This document shows positions 51,006 through 64,000 of a stretch of 64,000 nucleotides of DNA, one piece after another (the first letter of the stretch is position 1; each line of letters begins with the position of its first letter). The DNA is taken from the NCBI RefSeq assembly GCF_009834535.1, contig NC_045696.1, positions 38,070,001-38,134,000 of the forward strand, written 5' to 3'. The stretch is from Camelus ferus (lineage: Eukaryota). Below the pieces are notes generated by a model. The model was not told where the DNA came from, did no database searches, and saw nothing but the letters and a program-made list of their open reading frames with translations. The translations under genes and the position numbers were made by a program.

Positions 51006-52664
51006 GATAATATAGTTAGTTTTTTGATATTTATTATTTCAGAGGTTAAACCTTGTCCTCCTGGGTCAAAATTTATACTTGTTATCCTGAAGCATGTTGA
51101 GATCTGACCCCAGTTACTGGTCAAATTGCCACAAGAAGTTGTTGGTTTTAAGAAAAATATGTGTTTTTGCCAAGACACTGCCCTAGCTGAGGTTACTATA
51201 ATATCTTCAACAAGAGAGGCTTACTATTCTCAAAATATTGCTATGAAAATTTTCTGATTTAAAAAAATTATAAATTACATCTGAAATGAAAGAAAATCAG
51301 TACCTAGGGAAAAGGAGATCTATCAAAACTGAAAGTTCTAAGAGCTCTTTAACATATAATATATTTCATAAACTGGGCTTCAACTGATTTTACCTTAAAA
51401 TGCATCTATGCTCCGCTTATGAATTCAAAACACACTGTTTTTGGAGTACACAAAATATCAATGATTTATGCTGTTACATTAACATAACTTTCCCCTGTAC
51501 ATTAATGACTTACAGTTTTATACTCTGAGGACTATGATTCCTCTGTAATATTTTCACTTGGTCCAAACACCTCTCACTTTATTATATTTTCATGTATCAA
51601 AGGGTTAAAATAAAACTGAAAATTTAATTACATCATTAAGATCCAAAATTATGATTTTAACTGACTTCATGTACTTAAAAAATCAATAATATTCCAATCA
51701 ATTCATAATGACAATCAACCTCTGGTAACAAATATCTGAACTAAGGGTTCCATAGGTATTGATCATGAAATTCTGAAACAGACTTAAGGTCAAGAAGTGT
51801 TGAAAATAAAGAGACAGAATTTTTTTTTTTTTCGCAGCACTTCTCTAACTCTTCAATATGACAATGTTCTTTGTAAATCTGAAAAGTTTTTGAGAGTTAT
51901 CTGGATATTTTTATAGTACACACTTCAGGAAAGGAAACTTCTCTAGATGCATTCCGTTGATTGTGTTTATTTTGTAAGCAGGTTACTAAGCAAAACCACC
52001 AAAATCAATGAATGAAAGGAAGTTTTTTGATATTTATCTATGAATCATACTAATACTCAACTATATTGAGTCAAGATATAGATAAGTAGATAAACATAGA
52101 GATAGACATATAGATACAGTGGACTGATTGTTAATACAATGGAGTTTGATCAAAATAGAACATAAGTTATTCTATAGTATACACAAACCTTTACATATAA
52201 TGACTTATGACAATAGAATTTTAATGTTTGAAAAACTTACAGGTTATATCCCAATCTATCTTGTAATGTGGAAATGATCTTTATAATATCCCTAAAAAGT
52301 ATATACTTTTTATCATAAAAATATATTTCATTAAGCATATACTAATATGCTCGTGTACTTTTTTTAGTAAGATGATCTGAGATTAAATTTCAAATACATC
52401 ATGAACTTAGTTACATAAGCATCAAGTTCTTTACTAAATATAAATAATAGTATCTAATTCATACAATGTTTTTGAAGATTAAGTGGCAAAATATACAAGG
52501 CACAAAACTTTACACAAGGTCTGACACTAATATTTAATGTTATTATAACTATGATTAACATTTCTAAGAAATTTTAAAGCAGCATATAGAGCAATCTTCC
52601 TAAATCCCTGAAATTAAATTAGAAAACCAATTTACAATGAATAATTGACAACTCAAAGCAGATG

Positions 52665-52900
52665 TAGCTAACATTAATGATTTATAATTTTATGCCCTAT
52701 TCTAAGGGATTTATGCATATTAACTCATTTAATTATTACATGTTGTACATACTATTGTTATCTTAATTTTATCTATTAGGAAACTGAGGCACAAAGATTT
52801 TACCAAACTCCAAACAGCTAGTAAATGGCAAAGCTAGGAACTGAACCAGCAGCAATTAAGCTCCAGGATATCTGCTCTTTACCCTTACTGTATGCTGCCT
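52665..52900 (-). mobile_element. MIR SINE
   Basis: gcatattaactcatttaat...aggaaactgaggcacaaag...acagctagtaaatggcaaagctagga. Confidence 0.85.
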
Positions 52901-54923
52901 TTCTAGCTGCAGATAGATCACAGATTAAATAGGTCATTGAAAAATAAATGAGCTAGAGAGTGAGATGAAACAAAAGAAAGAGAGAGCAATTTGATGAAGG
53001 AACATGAGTGTGAAACTAGAATGATACCAGACCTAAACAAAGCCTTTATCAGCAGGAGAGTGGTAATAAAGAGGTGGGAGGTAAGAAGGCAGTCAAAGAC
53101 AAGATTTTATAACTAGTGCTCAAAAGTTACAGTGAGGCAAGTCTCATGGCTTTTGGATTCTACTCCCTATATGTCTCTTCAATGGTAGGTTACCACAGAA
53201 GATACCAACAAATATCTGAATAATATAATTCCTTCTCTTAGCTCTGATTCCATTAATTCATTTATTCAATAGTTTAATATTCAGTACCCATACTAACCAG
53301 GCACTGTTGTATGTACCTGAAATACACTGATGACCTAGGCAGAGAAGTTGACTCTCTAAAATATTCTCCTGTTCATAGAATGATTGGAAAAAGTCTGTCC
53401 CTTTACTCTTGAGTCCACTTGGTAGTCATCAGACAAGGACTCAGAGGCATTCTTCCAGACAGAAAGGACATATTTCTAATCACTTAGAAAATGAATCTGA
53501 GGTGGGTGGTGAGCAAGAACATGAAGGAAACGTGTCAGAAATCGGTCCTTTCATGAATAAATGCCTTCAACCATCCTTTCATTTCCAGAAAGGTCCCTAG
53601 AATTCCTGAAAGCCCGAGAGACTGAGATTTTACTCATACCCCTTTCAGAAATAAGACATTATAACATAATAAAAAATGATCCTCTCTCCTTGAAGCCTGG
53701 TCACAAAGGGCCAATTCACTTTGTGATAGTGAGAGGGGACAAAGAGGGAAGATATAAAAGTCATCCTACATCTCAAATCACTTAAAATGCCCCAAATATT
53801 TCTAAGGAAGGTTTTAAACATGCACACATAAAACTCCTCCACATGAAAGAAATAGAATGCATCTTCAGTTAAAACACTACTCAATTCTACATCATTTCCC
53901 AAAGATCTGCTATATGAGAGAAAGAAAATTTTTTTAAACCTGCAAAGATTTTATAGCAGAACAAGAGTATAATATTGATGTGGATAAAAATTGAACAGTA
54001 TCCCTGATTGACACAGAAGTAAATAGAAGAGAAATAACAAATAGCTGTGATTGGCATGAAAATTCCTGGGTGTTTCATTTTACTCACAGGAAAAAGTAGG
54101 AGTGGTCACAGCCCTGAACTGAGCTGAGATACCTGAGAACCGGGGAAAAGGAGGTGAATAGTTAGGATGCTGATTATCACTCTTGGTACAAAGCGAAAAA
54201 CAAATTATTTCCAGCATAATTAACACTGAGCAGGACTGAAACCATGGAGTGAGTCCATAATCAAAGCACCACTGTTGACAGCAGCAACTTGAGAAGCAGT
54301 GGTCAGAACAACCATATAACTACCTAGGGCTGGGACTGTGGAAGCATCTGCTGAGTATTAATTATTCTAGTGAGGGACACTTTAGTGACATTCTTATATC
54401 ATTTATGTAGCTAAGATGCAAGCCATATAATATTTACCTAGTGCAATTTATAAATACATTTTGTATACTTCCAAGCAGTTGAGAAGCTTGGCAGCCAGCA
54501 AACTCAATTTGAGAAAGACAGTTTTTCTAAGAAATGCTCTTAATCATTAAAAACATGTACAACTTCATAAATTTAGAATGCTTATCTAAATCATCTGGGC
54601 ATTTTGCAAGAGTGTATGGTTTTCCTAAATATAAAATATTTTTCACATTACTTCACTTTCTCTTATTACAGTAATGGGAAATGTGTTTTATTTTATATAA
54701 GAGCAAGCATATTATCTGTACCAACACCATGTAATAATTTTGAACTGACCCCTGTATTGAGTTTTTAACACATTTTTATTCTGTGTACTTGATAGAAATT
54801 TAACAATCATAACCCATGTTTACATTTGATACCCAATAGAATTTGCATAGAAAGAGTTGAGTGTTCACAGTCTTGTTAGCTCTCAGAATCTAGATCACAA
54901 ATGTTAGTTTCATAGTGAGTTAG

Positions 54924-54967
54924 TTGCAAATCAACTATACTTCAATTGAAAATAATAAATAAATAAA
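54924..54967 (+). mobile_element. Ultra-short L1 3' terminal stub with A-rich tail
   Basis: ttgcaaatcaactatacttcaa followed by A-rich tail, matching L1 termini at 37321 and 49155. Confidence 0.7.
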
Positions 54968-55329
54968 GTTTGGCAAATCTTATTATAGTTTCTGTAGTAG
55001 AAATGTCTTAAATAAGATAAATAGGTTTTATATCTTAAAATACTACAAAATATTTAACAATATAAGAAATATTTCCATAATCTGAAAAGAGTGACCTATT
55101 CTGATTTAAGCACAGATATAGTCATTTATTTATCTGTGCATTATAGTTTGCATGCATACATTCATTTAACACATATTTGTTGAGGACATAAAGTAGCAGG
55201 TATTTTACTGTGCCCTGAATAAAAAAGGGGAATAATAGACTGTAATTGTTTTTCTGAGCTGAATATGAAAGGCAGAAAAATATAGCAATCTGGATACAAT
55301 TCTGTGGGCTGTCATTTTATACTAGGTTA

Positions 55330-55560
55330 CAGTCTCTGGAAGAAGAGAAAATGTGTTTAAATTCTGATTCAGCCATTTCCTAAGTGTGTAGTTCTAATTA
55401 AGGTTCTTAAACTTTCTAAACTAGAGTTCTTTCTTCTATTAGAAGAGTTTCCTTTGCTTTAAAATTGTTATAATAATATCACTTAAGGATTGTAAGGATT
55501 AGATGAAATAACACATGTAAACTACTACAATACTAGTCTAATAATTATGTTTTCAATAAC
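55330..55560 (+). mobile_element. MIR SINE
   Basis: aattctgattcagccatttcctaagtgtgt...ggattgtaaggattagatgaaataacacatgtaaa. Confidence 0.65.
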
Positions 55561-57023
55561 ATACAAAATAAGAACCCAGAAGTACAGTGTAGTAATTTAA
55601 ACACAGAGTTTATTCTCATCATCTATGCCACTAATACCATGGAATAAATGTATGCACATGTATTGCTATTCTGTTGTCTTCAATTCCCATACCACAAAAA
55701 AATAAAAGTTTGGTAAACATTCTGAACTAAAATTAAAGTACTAGCGAATTGAAAAATTAACCTCTTTTGTATGTGAAACATTAGACATTATAAAAAAGAA
55801 AGCCCTGTTTTCACCCCAGATAGCATGCAGCATCTCTGGCTAGTGTTGATCATCAGTGTTTACAGCTTTGGGATCCTTTCAACTCAGTTTTTCTAATATA
55901 TGTAGATCTTATGATGTTCTAAACTTAGGTGGTTCCATAACTGAAAGAAAAAATATATATGAAATCACAAAATATTTTCCCCATTTTTTTATAAGAACAG
56001 TGTTTAAACTAGTCCCATTTACTTGCCAGTTATTTTATTTCCTTTGAAAAATTTATGCACATAATGTAAATATATTTGGATTTATTTCTATTCTTTTACA
56101 TGTGTTCACTTATATAAGTAATTTATAGCCTTAGATTGAAAATATATTATATTTGATGCCCTGAAACTTATTATTTGGAAAGTTGAAAATATCTATTATT
56201 TCATAATAGTTTTCAATGAAACTTTAGTGTTTATTTCTTAAAAATTTTGTAAGATAGGTAAAACAAAAGACCCTTAAAGTGGGAGTGAAGGGGGACAAAG
56301 AAAGAATAGTACCAACCACAACACTTCTCTTTAAGATAAAGAAATACAACAGAGTGTAGACATAGTTGGATCCCTGTTCGGACAACCTTTTCCTCTTAGG
56401 AGATACAACCTAAGAATACATAAGAGGTGACTAGCCACTGTTACAGAAAACACGTCATGCAAAGAGCTAGGATATCCTAAGCACCACAAAGCATAGAATT
56501 AGGTCTATAAAATACTAATTTTTATTAGGTTATAAGTCACTAAAACTAAGGATTTTAGTGGTAGATGACAGAGGTAGCTAACAAGTCCAAGAAATATTCC
56601 ACAAATAGTTTCAACATCTGCTTGTTTCAGATACTCTATTCGAAAATTCAGATTACAGGGAAAGAGACTGAAGGAGGTTGTGGCAGGAGTTCTCTGTTGG
56701 CTCTTTCTGTTGTAACTTGGGGGTAGGTCACATTATCATAGATGTGACTGCCAGAGGCACTGTGAGTGTTTATCAAGGAAAGAATAGGGGATTGTAAAAC
56801 AATCAACCAATAAGCTATCCTAAATGTCAGCTACTAGAAGGGTTGGCACTGTACAATCAGCTGATTAAGTTTATCATCATCAGACTAAGAGCAAGATTAC
56901 AAAGAGATAGTATATACAGAAAAGTAAATTTCTTTATGTACCTCAGATCCCAAGTATGTCCAGCATGTATGCACATAGGTTTTACCCAATGTGAAATTAA
57001 GTCATAGTTAGATATTTTGTACA

Positions 57024-57452
57024 TGTGTTAGAATATTGGCTAGGCTGCTTTAAACAAGGTGATATATATATCAACTGAATTGAAGTTTTTTTCTTTATTG
57101 TTAGAGTTCAGTAGTAAGTTGACCAGGCATCACTGAGTGGTACCATAATCCTCAATATATCTCTTCTATCTCTGGTCCAAACAAGCTACTCCTCTTTGCA
57201 CCATCTGCTAGCCAGGGAGAAGAGTGAAAGGAATTGAGAAGAATATGCTTTCTCCTTGTAAGGAAAAGGCATGATGGCTCAAAGACTTCTGTTCATTTCT
57301 GCTGATCAGAATTTAGTCAAATGTCCACACCCAAATGCATGGGAAGCTGAAAAACATAGTATTTAAATTGGTCAACTATGTGGCCAGTTATGACAGTTAC
57401 TACGGAGAAATACTAAAATTGGATATTGATGGACAACAAGCAATCTGTCACA
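57024..57452 (-). mobile_element. MaLR LTR (MLT1J-like)
   Basis: cagaatttagtcaaatgtccacacccaaatgcatgggaagctgaaaaacatagt...ggatattgatggacaacaagcaatctgtcaca. Confidence 0.7.
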
Positions 57453-58379
57453 AAGCTTTTAAAAAGCTGAGAAATGTGGTCATCAAAATAAAGAGTGAGA
57501 AATTTAACAAGAACATAGCAAGACTAGAAGTGTAAAAACTTGTAATTCTTAAATAACCAAAGTAATATGACATTTTCCATAAACAGAGCCCTCAAGTTAG
57601 AATAGAGATTTCAACTATTTGTTGAATTCTAAATTACTAGAATGAACCTAAAAAATGTCTCAAGTTTCTTTTGACTCTGAGGAATTGTAGAAAACGTTTA
57701 TGATTTTTATCTGGCTGTGATGCTTATGGCAAAAGCAGATGAACATAAAAGTTACAATATAGATCAAGGTTTTTAAAAATATTTATTTTCCTTGAATCTT
57801 GGTATTAAGTGACAGTATTTCTGAAAGTTTATTATTAAGTTTTGTTAAGAAAAACAAATATCGATAATAGTTTAAGTTTGTTAGGGAGAACTTAATGCTT
57901 GCTACTCGGTCTCTGTGCCCATGTATCTCCTCCCCATTTATTGGCAGCTGCCTGAATTACATAGAGTATCCCTTAGAAAAGCAGTATTTACATCATGCAA
58001 TATGAAAAATATAATTCTTCTAGAGTTATGTTTATGTATTAGAGAAACTTGGACACGTCTGGAAATACAGGTGGCATGTATATCATTGACTGAATAGCAA
58101 CAGATAATTCGGTTCAGGTGTTGCCTATATGTGTATATGCATTCAAGTAAACAGTCCATGTTAAGGAAAACACGACTATATATTTCAATCATAGATGAAA
58201 CATCAAAAATTCCACACCAGATACATATTATTTGTAAGACATCTCCACTAGGCCACACAGATGTGGACAATAATCAACAAAGATTGTACCCTCCTTAAAA
58301 AAATAAACTAGAAAAACTATTGGTTAGCTCAGACACCCATTTCATGTATTCATTTGATTATTTGTTGAGATTATTATAA

Positions 58380-59215
58380 ACAAATGTATATTCATTGTAT
58401 TTTATGAATATACTCACATATATTCACTTTAATTTATGGGGTTAAAATCAAATGCCATCATTATTTCTTTTATTACTCAAATTGTTCTAGCTTTGATAAA
58501 TGAGCTACTTGTAGTTCATGCCTGTGTCCTATCAACAGGTGCCAGTCTTTTATTGAGCACTTGCATACCTTCTGACCAAGATATTCCAAGCTCATATTAT
58601 ATTGCCCTTGCCCCAGATGAGGAACTAACTAGTTTTTAAAGAATCTGTGGCTCCTTTTATCAGAGAAGGGTGTTTAAAAGCAAAATCTGGGTTCTAGGTG
58701 TGCTCATTGTTGCTGGGATGTCATTGCTTCTACACCCTCTCTGTAGACATAGTCAGATGTATGCATATACGGTAACCCATACATAAGCACACATCTATAT
58801 TTCTTTATCCATCTACCTGCCTATCCATCTGTTTGTGAGAAACATATTTACTAACTAGACTGCAGCACTCATATACAGTTCTTTTTGTATTTAGACTTGT
58901 AGTCAAGGTACTATTTTCCAAAGTTGATAAGGATGTTTCTTTTCTTCCCCACCCACTTCAATGTGGTTACATCTTTAATTTTTAATTTAGTTAGGTCTGT
59001 GTTTTTAGTGTTCATATTCTGCTTTTGTTCTGCCAACATTTTGATTGGTTCTCATTATTTATTTGGAGAGGTAGGAAGACTTATGAGACACATTACTATG
59101 GTGCTAAAAGCCAGAGCTGTACAAAATGATAGGCTCAAAGAAATGTCACTTCCTCTTCATTGCTGCTCCACTCATTCTATGCCCCCTTCCTTTCACCTCC
59201 CTTCCATGCAGTTTC
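58380..59215 (-). mobile_element. Old L1 3' UTR (L1MC4/5-like)
   Basis: ctcaaattgttctagctttg...aaaatctgggttctaggtgtgctcattgttgctgggatgtcattgcttct. Confidence 0.75.
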
Positions 59216-60175
59216 TAATAGAATGTACATACAGAAATTATGATTGTATTCATTAGTCTACTACCTAGATTTTTTTAAAGACTACAGATAAATTTAATAC
59301 GCCTATGTTTTAGGTAAAATATTCCAAGTGTAAATGAAACGTCTTGTGTTCTTGCTTATATCACATTACGGCCAGTGTTTGATATGTGTATTTTGTCTGT
59401 ATACCTACTTTATCTACTTATTTATTACTGTATAATTCTAGCATGATTTATATTTCCCTTTTAATATATGTGCCTTTTAAAAAAGTAATCCAAAAGCACT
59501 TCAAGATGGTGGAGCATAAATAAATAAGCAAATCTTGAGTCTTCCTTACCCTCACTTAGACTGTTTTGAGAATTAGATGGAAACTTCATTGCCGGTGGGA
59601 CAAAATCTGAGGAAATGTGGAAGCAAAGATAAAGATAAAGGACAAAGACATAATTTTACTAATTTTGTTCTTTTATATGGTTTCAGTGGTCTGTAAGAAT
59701 TTCACTCTCATTCTCTCATTCTGTGGACATGGTATGATGAAAATCTATTTCAAATCTTCTTGAAAGCAGGTATGGTTAAATAAAGTATTTAAAATTAATT
59801 AAAAGTAAGCCTGAGAATAAAGAGATTTTAAGAATTTTAATTTTTTGAAGTAACATGATTCATAGTTTTAGAAGAAGTTGTTAAATATAGTGGAATATTA
59901 TTTTAAATGTTAATAAAATGTAAAATATCTTGAAGTGTTCATTGCATTGAAGAAAACTTACACTTTTAGCTCTTATTTATATAATGTAATATACTATGCA
60001 TACACATACACAAACAGAGAGAAAGAGATCTCATACATTTATTTCATGACAATTTTACCACAGCATATATGTTCTTATTTTCAAATTAGCAAGTTGATCA
60101 AAATAAGTTGATAATAGAAAGTATGAATCTGTTTTACTGAAATAATTTAAGGCTTGGTGAGAAGAAACCTGAAGC

Positions 60176-60288
60176 TTTAGTGTAAGTATGTCCTAAATAC
60201 TTCATGAGACATAGTTATACTTAACATAGTTTGTTGTTTATCTGAAATTCAGATTTAACTAGGTTTCTGTTTTTATGTGATAACCCTA
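60176..60288 (+). mobile_element. MER53 partial copy (central hairpin and right arm)
   Basis: tagtgtaagtatgtcc...gacatagttatact...gttgtttatctgaaattcagatttaact...taacccta. Confidence 0.8.
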
Positions 60289-62214
60289 GCTTAGCAGGAT
60301 AGGGCTGGATCAGACTTAAAAAGTTAGTTAGAAAATAAGGTAACATTTCATGCACACCTAAGAGTATGGAATAAGAGTCAAAGGTCCTACACAAATATGG
60401 GGCTTAGTCAAATTCTAATGAACACATGCATGGAGTTCAGTATCTTTTATTGCTATAAATTCATAAATATTTTAAGGTTTCAACATGGCTTCTGTCAAAG
60501 CCTACTATCACCCAAGAAATATGGGAAAGCTACCCTGAAAGGCTACTGCTATTGCTCATATGCTTTGTAAGACTGGGTCCAAAGCTCAGGAACAATGACG
60601 AAAGGCTGTTCAAAGACTGCTTTGATTGCCTACAGAATCATTACCTTAATTCTAGATGCTCCTGTATTGCCATCATGGAAATCAGGTTTGGAATTAGGGA
60701 GAAAGAAAAATACTTTCCAGCACTGATAAACACAGGGTTAAGTTGTTCTCTTAGAGAAATGGGGAATAGTGGAGAATATTTAGGAATCAGAAAGCCCTTG
60801 CTTCATTGGCTATCCAAACTGAAATTTAAGAAAAGAATAAACTGAATCCAGGTACATGTTTTTGAAGGGGATTTCCATTGATTTGTTTTTCTTTTTGATA
60901 TTTTTTTGATGATTGCTTTGGTATTCCTACTATAATCACATGCAGAGAGAGAAGAAAAATAGAGTCTTCTACCATTTCAGGAGAGAGAACAGCTGCAGCA
61001 ATGATGCAGAAAATGGCAGCATTAGTAAAAGTGATAGAATAGGATAATCTTCAGAGGGCAACAAAAGTTGCTACCTTTTGTAATCATTCTTCAATTATAC
61101 TTTGCCACTAGAGCTTTTGTTTCAGTACAAATGGAAAAAAATATTATTCAGTGCATGTATTTGTTGCCCTAGTTTATGGAAGATCATCAGTGTTTTCAAA
61201 TTGTGTGTAAGTAAAAGTAAATCATTTAACCAAATTGTGCTGAGAAAAAGAGAGGCAAAAAAGAACATAATTATGTTTTGTTTAATGTGTTCTCCAAGGT
61301 AAAGCACAGTAATTTGTTTCACTACTTGTAATACATAGGGGTATTTCTAATGGGTTTCTTCCACATATTTATATGTCAGTCTCCAACTCATTAATACTAG
61401 TTATTAATATTTATTTTGGAAGCAAAAGCCTTAATTTATAATATAGTTTAAACTGGATATTGGCCAATATTTATACATTTTTTAAAGTATTAGTAATCCT
61501 TACTGTCTGTAATAGCTCAGCACCATAAAAATGACTGTGCAACGTGAACTGTACAAAGTACTCTTACTAAAAATGGGAAAACTACAATACACAATTAAAT
61601 GACCTTTAGAAATGTTTGTCAAAACATTAAAAATTTTCTTGCTCTTGGCTATAAATGCATAGGGAAATTTTTCAAAATAGTAAAACTAATATATTGTACA
61701 CTGTAATTTAAAATATTGGAAACATTCAGAATTAAAGTGTTTTATTTCTTTCTAAAAAACATGTCAAGACTAATTTGAACAGTGCCTTCTCATTATGTAA
61801 CTTACAATATAGAGCGAGTGTCTTTTCTATGTCTTGGAAAATTGCCATACCTTAGAAGGAATTCTAAGTTTGATCAGCTTCCAGCATTTTGCCCTTTCCA
61901 GTTACAATGTCTTAGAATATCTCCAAAGTTCCTTTAACATGGAGTTTTTCTTGCCAGAGTCACTTTCACCAAGACATCTTCATCCTTTTCATCACAACCA
62001 CTTTGGTCATTTACCTCAGTAAGTTTGCCTCCGTTAAGTTCCTCTAGAGTCTCTCAAGTTATACTAGAATTCCATCTACACAAGATTCTAGTTCTATTTT
62101 CAGCATTATCATAACCACTACCATTCTTTGATGCATTTTCATCTTTGTTGGACAATCCCTTCTTTTGATTATAAAACTTTGTAAAATGTTACTTCAGTTT
62201 ATCAGGGGAAACAG

Positions 62215-62504
62215 AGAGGCTATAGCTTTTCTCTCTGTGCATGAACTGCTTAACAAACACACAATGACCGATCACTTAGGGACCCTGAAGGAATTGAAAT
62301 GATCGGTCTACTGATCATAATGTGCATCTATTATTTATATAAAAATTTGTGGACTGAAAAGGTAGCAGTAAAGTATATTCACAGTTAATATCCTGTAGTA
62401 ACTGAAATTTGAACTGTGTTTTTAGGGAAAGCTAAGGTTAGTTAAATAACCTGAGGTGAATGAAATTTGTTCATATGGAAACCACAAAGTTAGGAATGTA
62501 TGTA
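62215..62504 (+). mobile_element. Ancient TcMar-Tigger fragment (Tigger13a-like)
   Basis: tcacagttaatatcctgtagtaactgaaatttgaactgtg...gaaatttgttcatatggaaacc, ending in TA. Confidence 0.6.
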
Positions 62505-63274
62505 TTTACTCCAATCAAAACTAGACTAGATATTAAATTTAGTTGGCAGTGAATGCTTCCTTCATTGATTGATCAGGTGGCTCAGCAGAATTAACAACAA
62601 AATGATAACTTACACAGTATTTAGCTTTTTCCATAAGCCTTAACAGAAATCCTTAAACACACACTAGTATCCAAGCAAATATAGAATATACATAAAAAAA
62701 GCATGCTTATCATGTAAAAACAGCTTCAGGACCAGTGCCCTAGTTGCCCAAACCATGTGGACATACATACTCTTATACAGAAATTCTGGAGTCACCTCTA
62801 CTTCTTAGCCTCTATATTGGATGCTGCCATCAGCAAGAGAGCCCAGCAGAGACAAAATAATTTTATAGAACCAGCATTCAACTAGAACTTTGAGCTTATC
62901 AGTTTCTTAATAAATATTAGCTAAACAGTTCTTTTGTCTCCTCTTCACAAAATTGTTGGTTTATAAGTTTGTCAGCTCACATCATTATCCATGAATATTG
63001 AACTTGGTGCATTATCTAATCCTATCATAGCATATTGCACTTTTGGTCCTATAGAGATTACATTCTTTCATCCAACTCAGAATCTTTTCTTACCTGTCTA
63101 ATCACCTCATGTTCTGCCACATGGGTTCTCTGTTCTAAAATACTAAAGAATCTCCCAAATTTTATGTGAATATTGCTTTTATATTGTATGCAACCACCGT
63201 TTTGTGTATTTCTTCTATCTATTCATTCTCTTTATGTAGAGAAAAAAATAAGTAACTTAAGAAAATGAAAACAT

Positions 63275-63362
63275 GTATATATTTATATAAATTAATTATA
63301 AACATACAAATTATAAATATATAAACATAATAAATTTATATAAACATATAATTTTGTGTATA
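63275..63362. repeat. AT-rich low-complexity tract with a repeated tataaacata motif
   Basis: The motif occurs three times within ~60 bp. Confidence 0.7.
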
Positions 63363-64000
63363 TTCTGAGAATTTACAAAGAATTTACAAAGATTGAAAGT
63401 TCTTAGCAAAAAAAAAAAGTTTTAATGTTTTAATAGGAGGGAGATAGAAGACTGTTTTCCCCAAAACTATGGATTCTTCAATTTTTTTTCTATAGAAACA
63501 AGAAAAGTTTTTGTTTGTCTTTAGGCAGATACTACACCTTTGTGGTTAGGATCTATAGGAACAGTAAGCCCTAAAAAACGTATTCTCAGTAGTCATGAAC
63601 TAATGTTAAATTCTTTTATCTGACATTACCAGAGTTCAAAGATTGTTGTAAATGTCAGCAATCAAATCTACAAAGGATATCTCTGAGGATGGGATTAGGA
63701 AGCAAACACATCCTGAAGTCAGCTATTAACCTCAAATTATCTCTCTATACTCTAGCAAAACATTTAGGAGATTAGAATCAGGGAAAAGCCACACTAATTG
63801 ATACTTACTAATAAAGGTCAGCCACAAGTAGTAATTAGACCTCTATGAATACTCAGAAGGCCTGATCCTCTGCCTGTGCTGCAGTCTTCAACTAAAAGCT
63901 CTTAGGAGACATTGCCTCACTATGGATGAAGGGCACTCACAGGCTATTATAACATGAAAGTGTTGAAGATTAGCAAAGACAAGCATTAGGATATGGAGCT

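Noticed and set aside
57938..58270. 110-aa minus-strand ORF in unique sequence
   Set aside because: Non-ATG start, random-looking composition, no recognisable domain or convincing splice context.
1..64000. CRISPR arrays, operons, tRNA/rRNA genes or prokaryotic defence systems
   Set aside because: The sequence is mammalian repeat-rich DNA; no repeat-spacer array, long ORFs or structured RNA gene signatures were seen.

Overview
This is AT-rich, CpG-depleted mammalian genomic DNA, not prokaryotic. The young LINE-1 3' UTRs and the absence of recognisable ruminant (Bov-A/BovB/Bov-tA) or pig (PRE1) SINEs suggest a camelid; that is an inference from remembered consensus features. I found no intact protein-coding gene, RNA gene or CRISPR array, and the short ORFs in the track are chance ORFs or retroelement debris. 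The window is largely transposable-element remnants: L1s of several ages, ERV1 solo LTRs with 4-bp TSDs, MaLR/ERVL LTRs, L2, MIR, and Tigger/MER20/MER53 DNA elements. Four things stand out. (1) An internally deleted minus-strand provirus at 41.3-44.1 kb has an LTR, an Arg-like PBS, a gag stub fused almost directly to integrase, and a gamma-type env remnant with a CWIC motif. (2) A chain of regularly spaced plus-strand exon-like segments at 20.5-28.8 kb, possibly extending back to 2 kb, may be a decayed multi-exon gene. (3) Two L1 insertions are 5'-inverted (twin-primed) with readable TSDs, one carrying a short 3'-transduced tag. (4) An old ~300-bp direct duplication lies at 5.4/6.5 kb. Repeat family names come from memory of consensus sequences and need RepeatMasker/Dfam confirmation.
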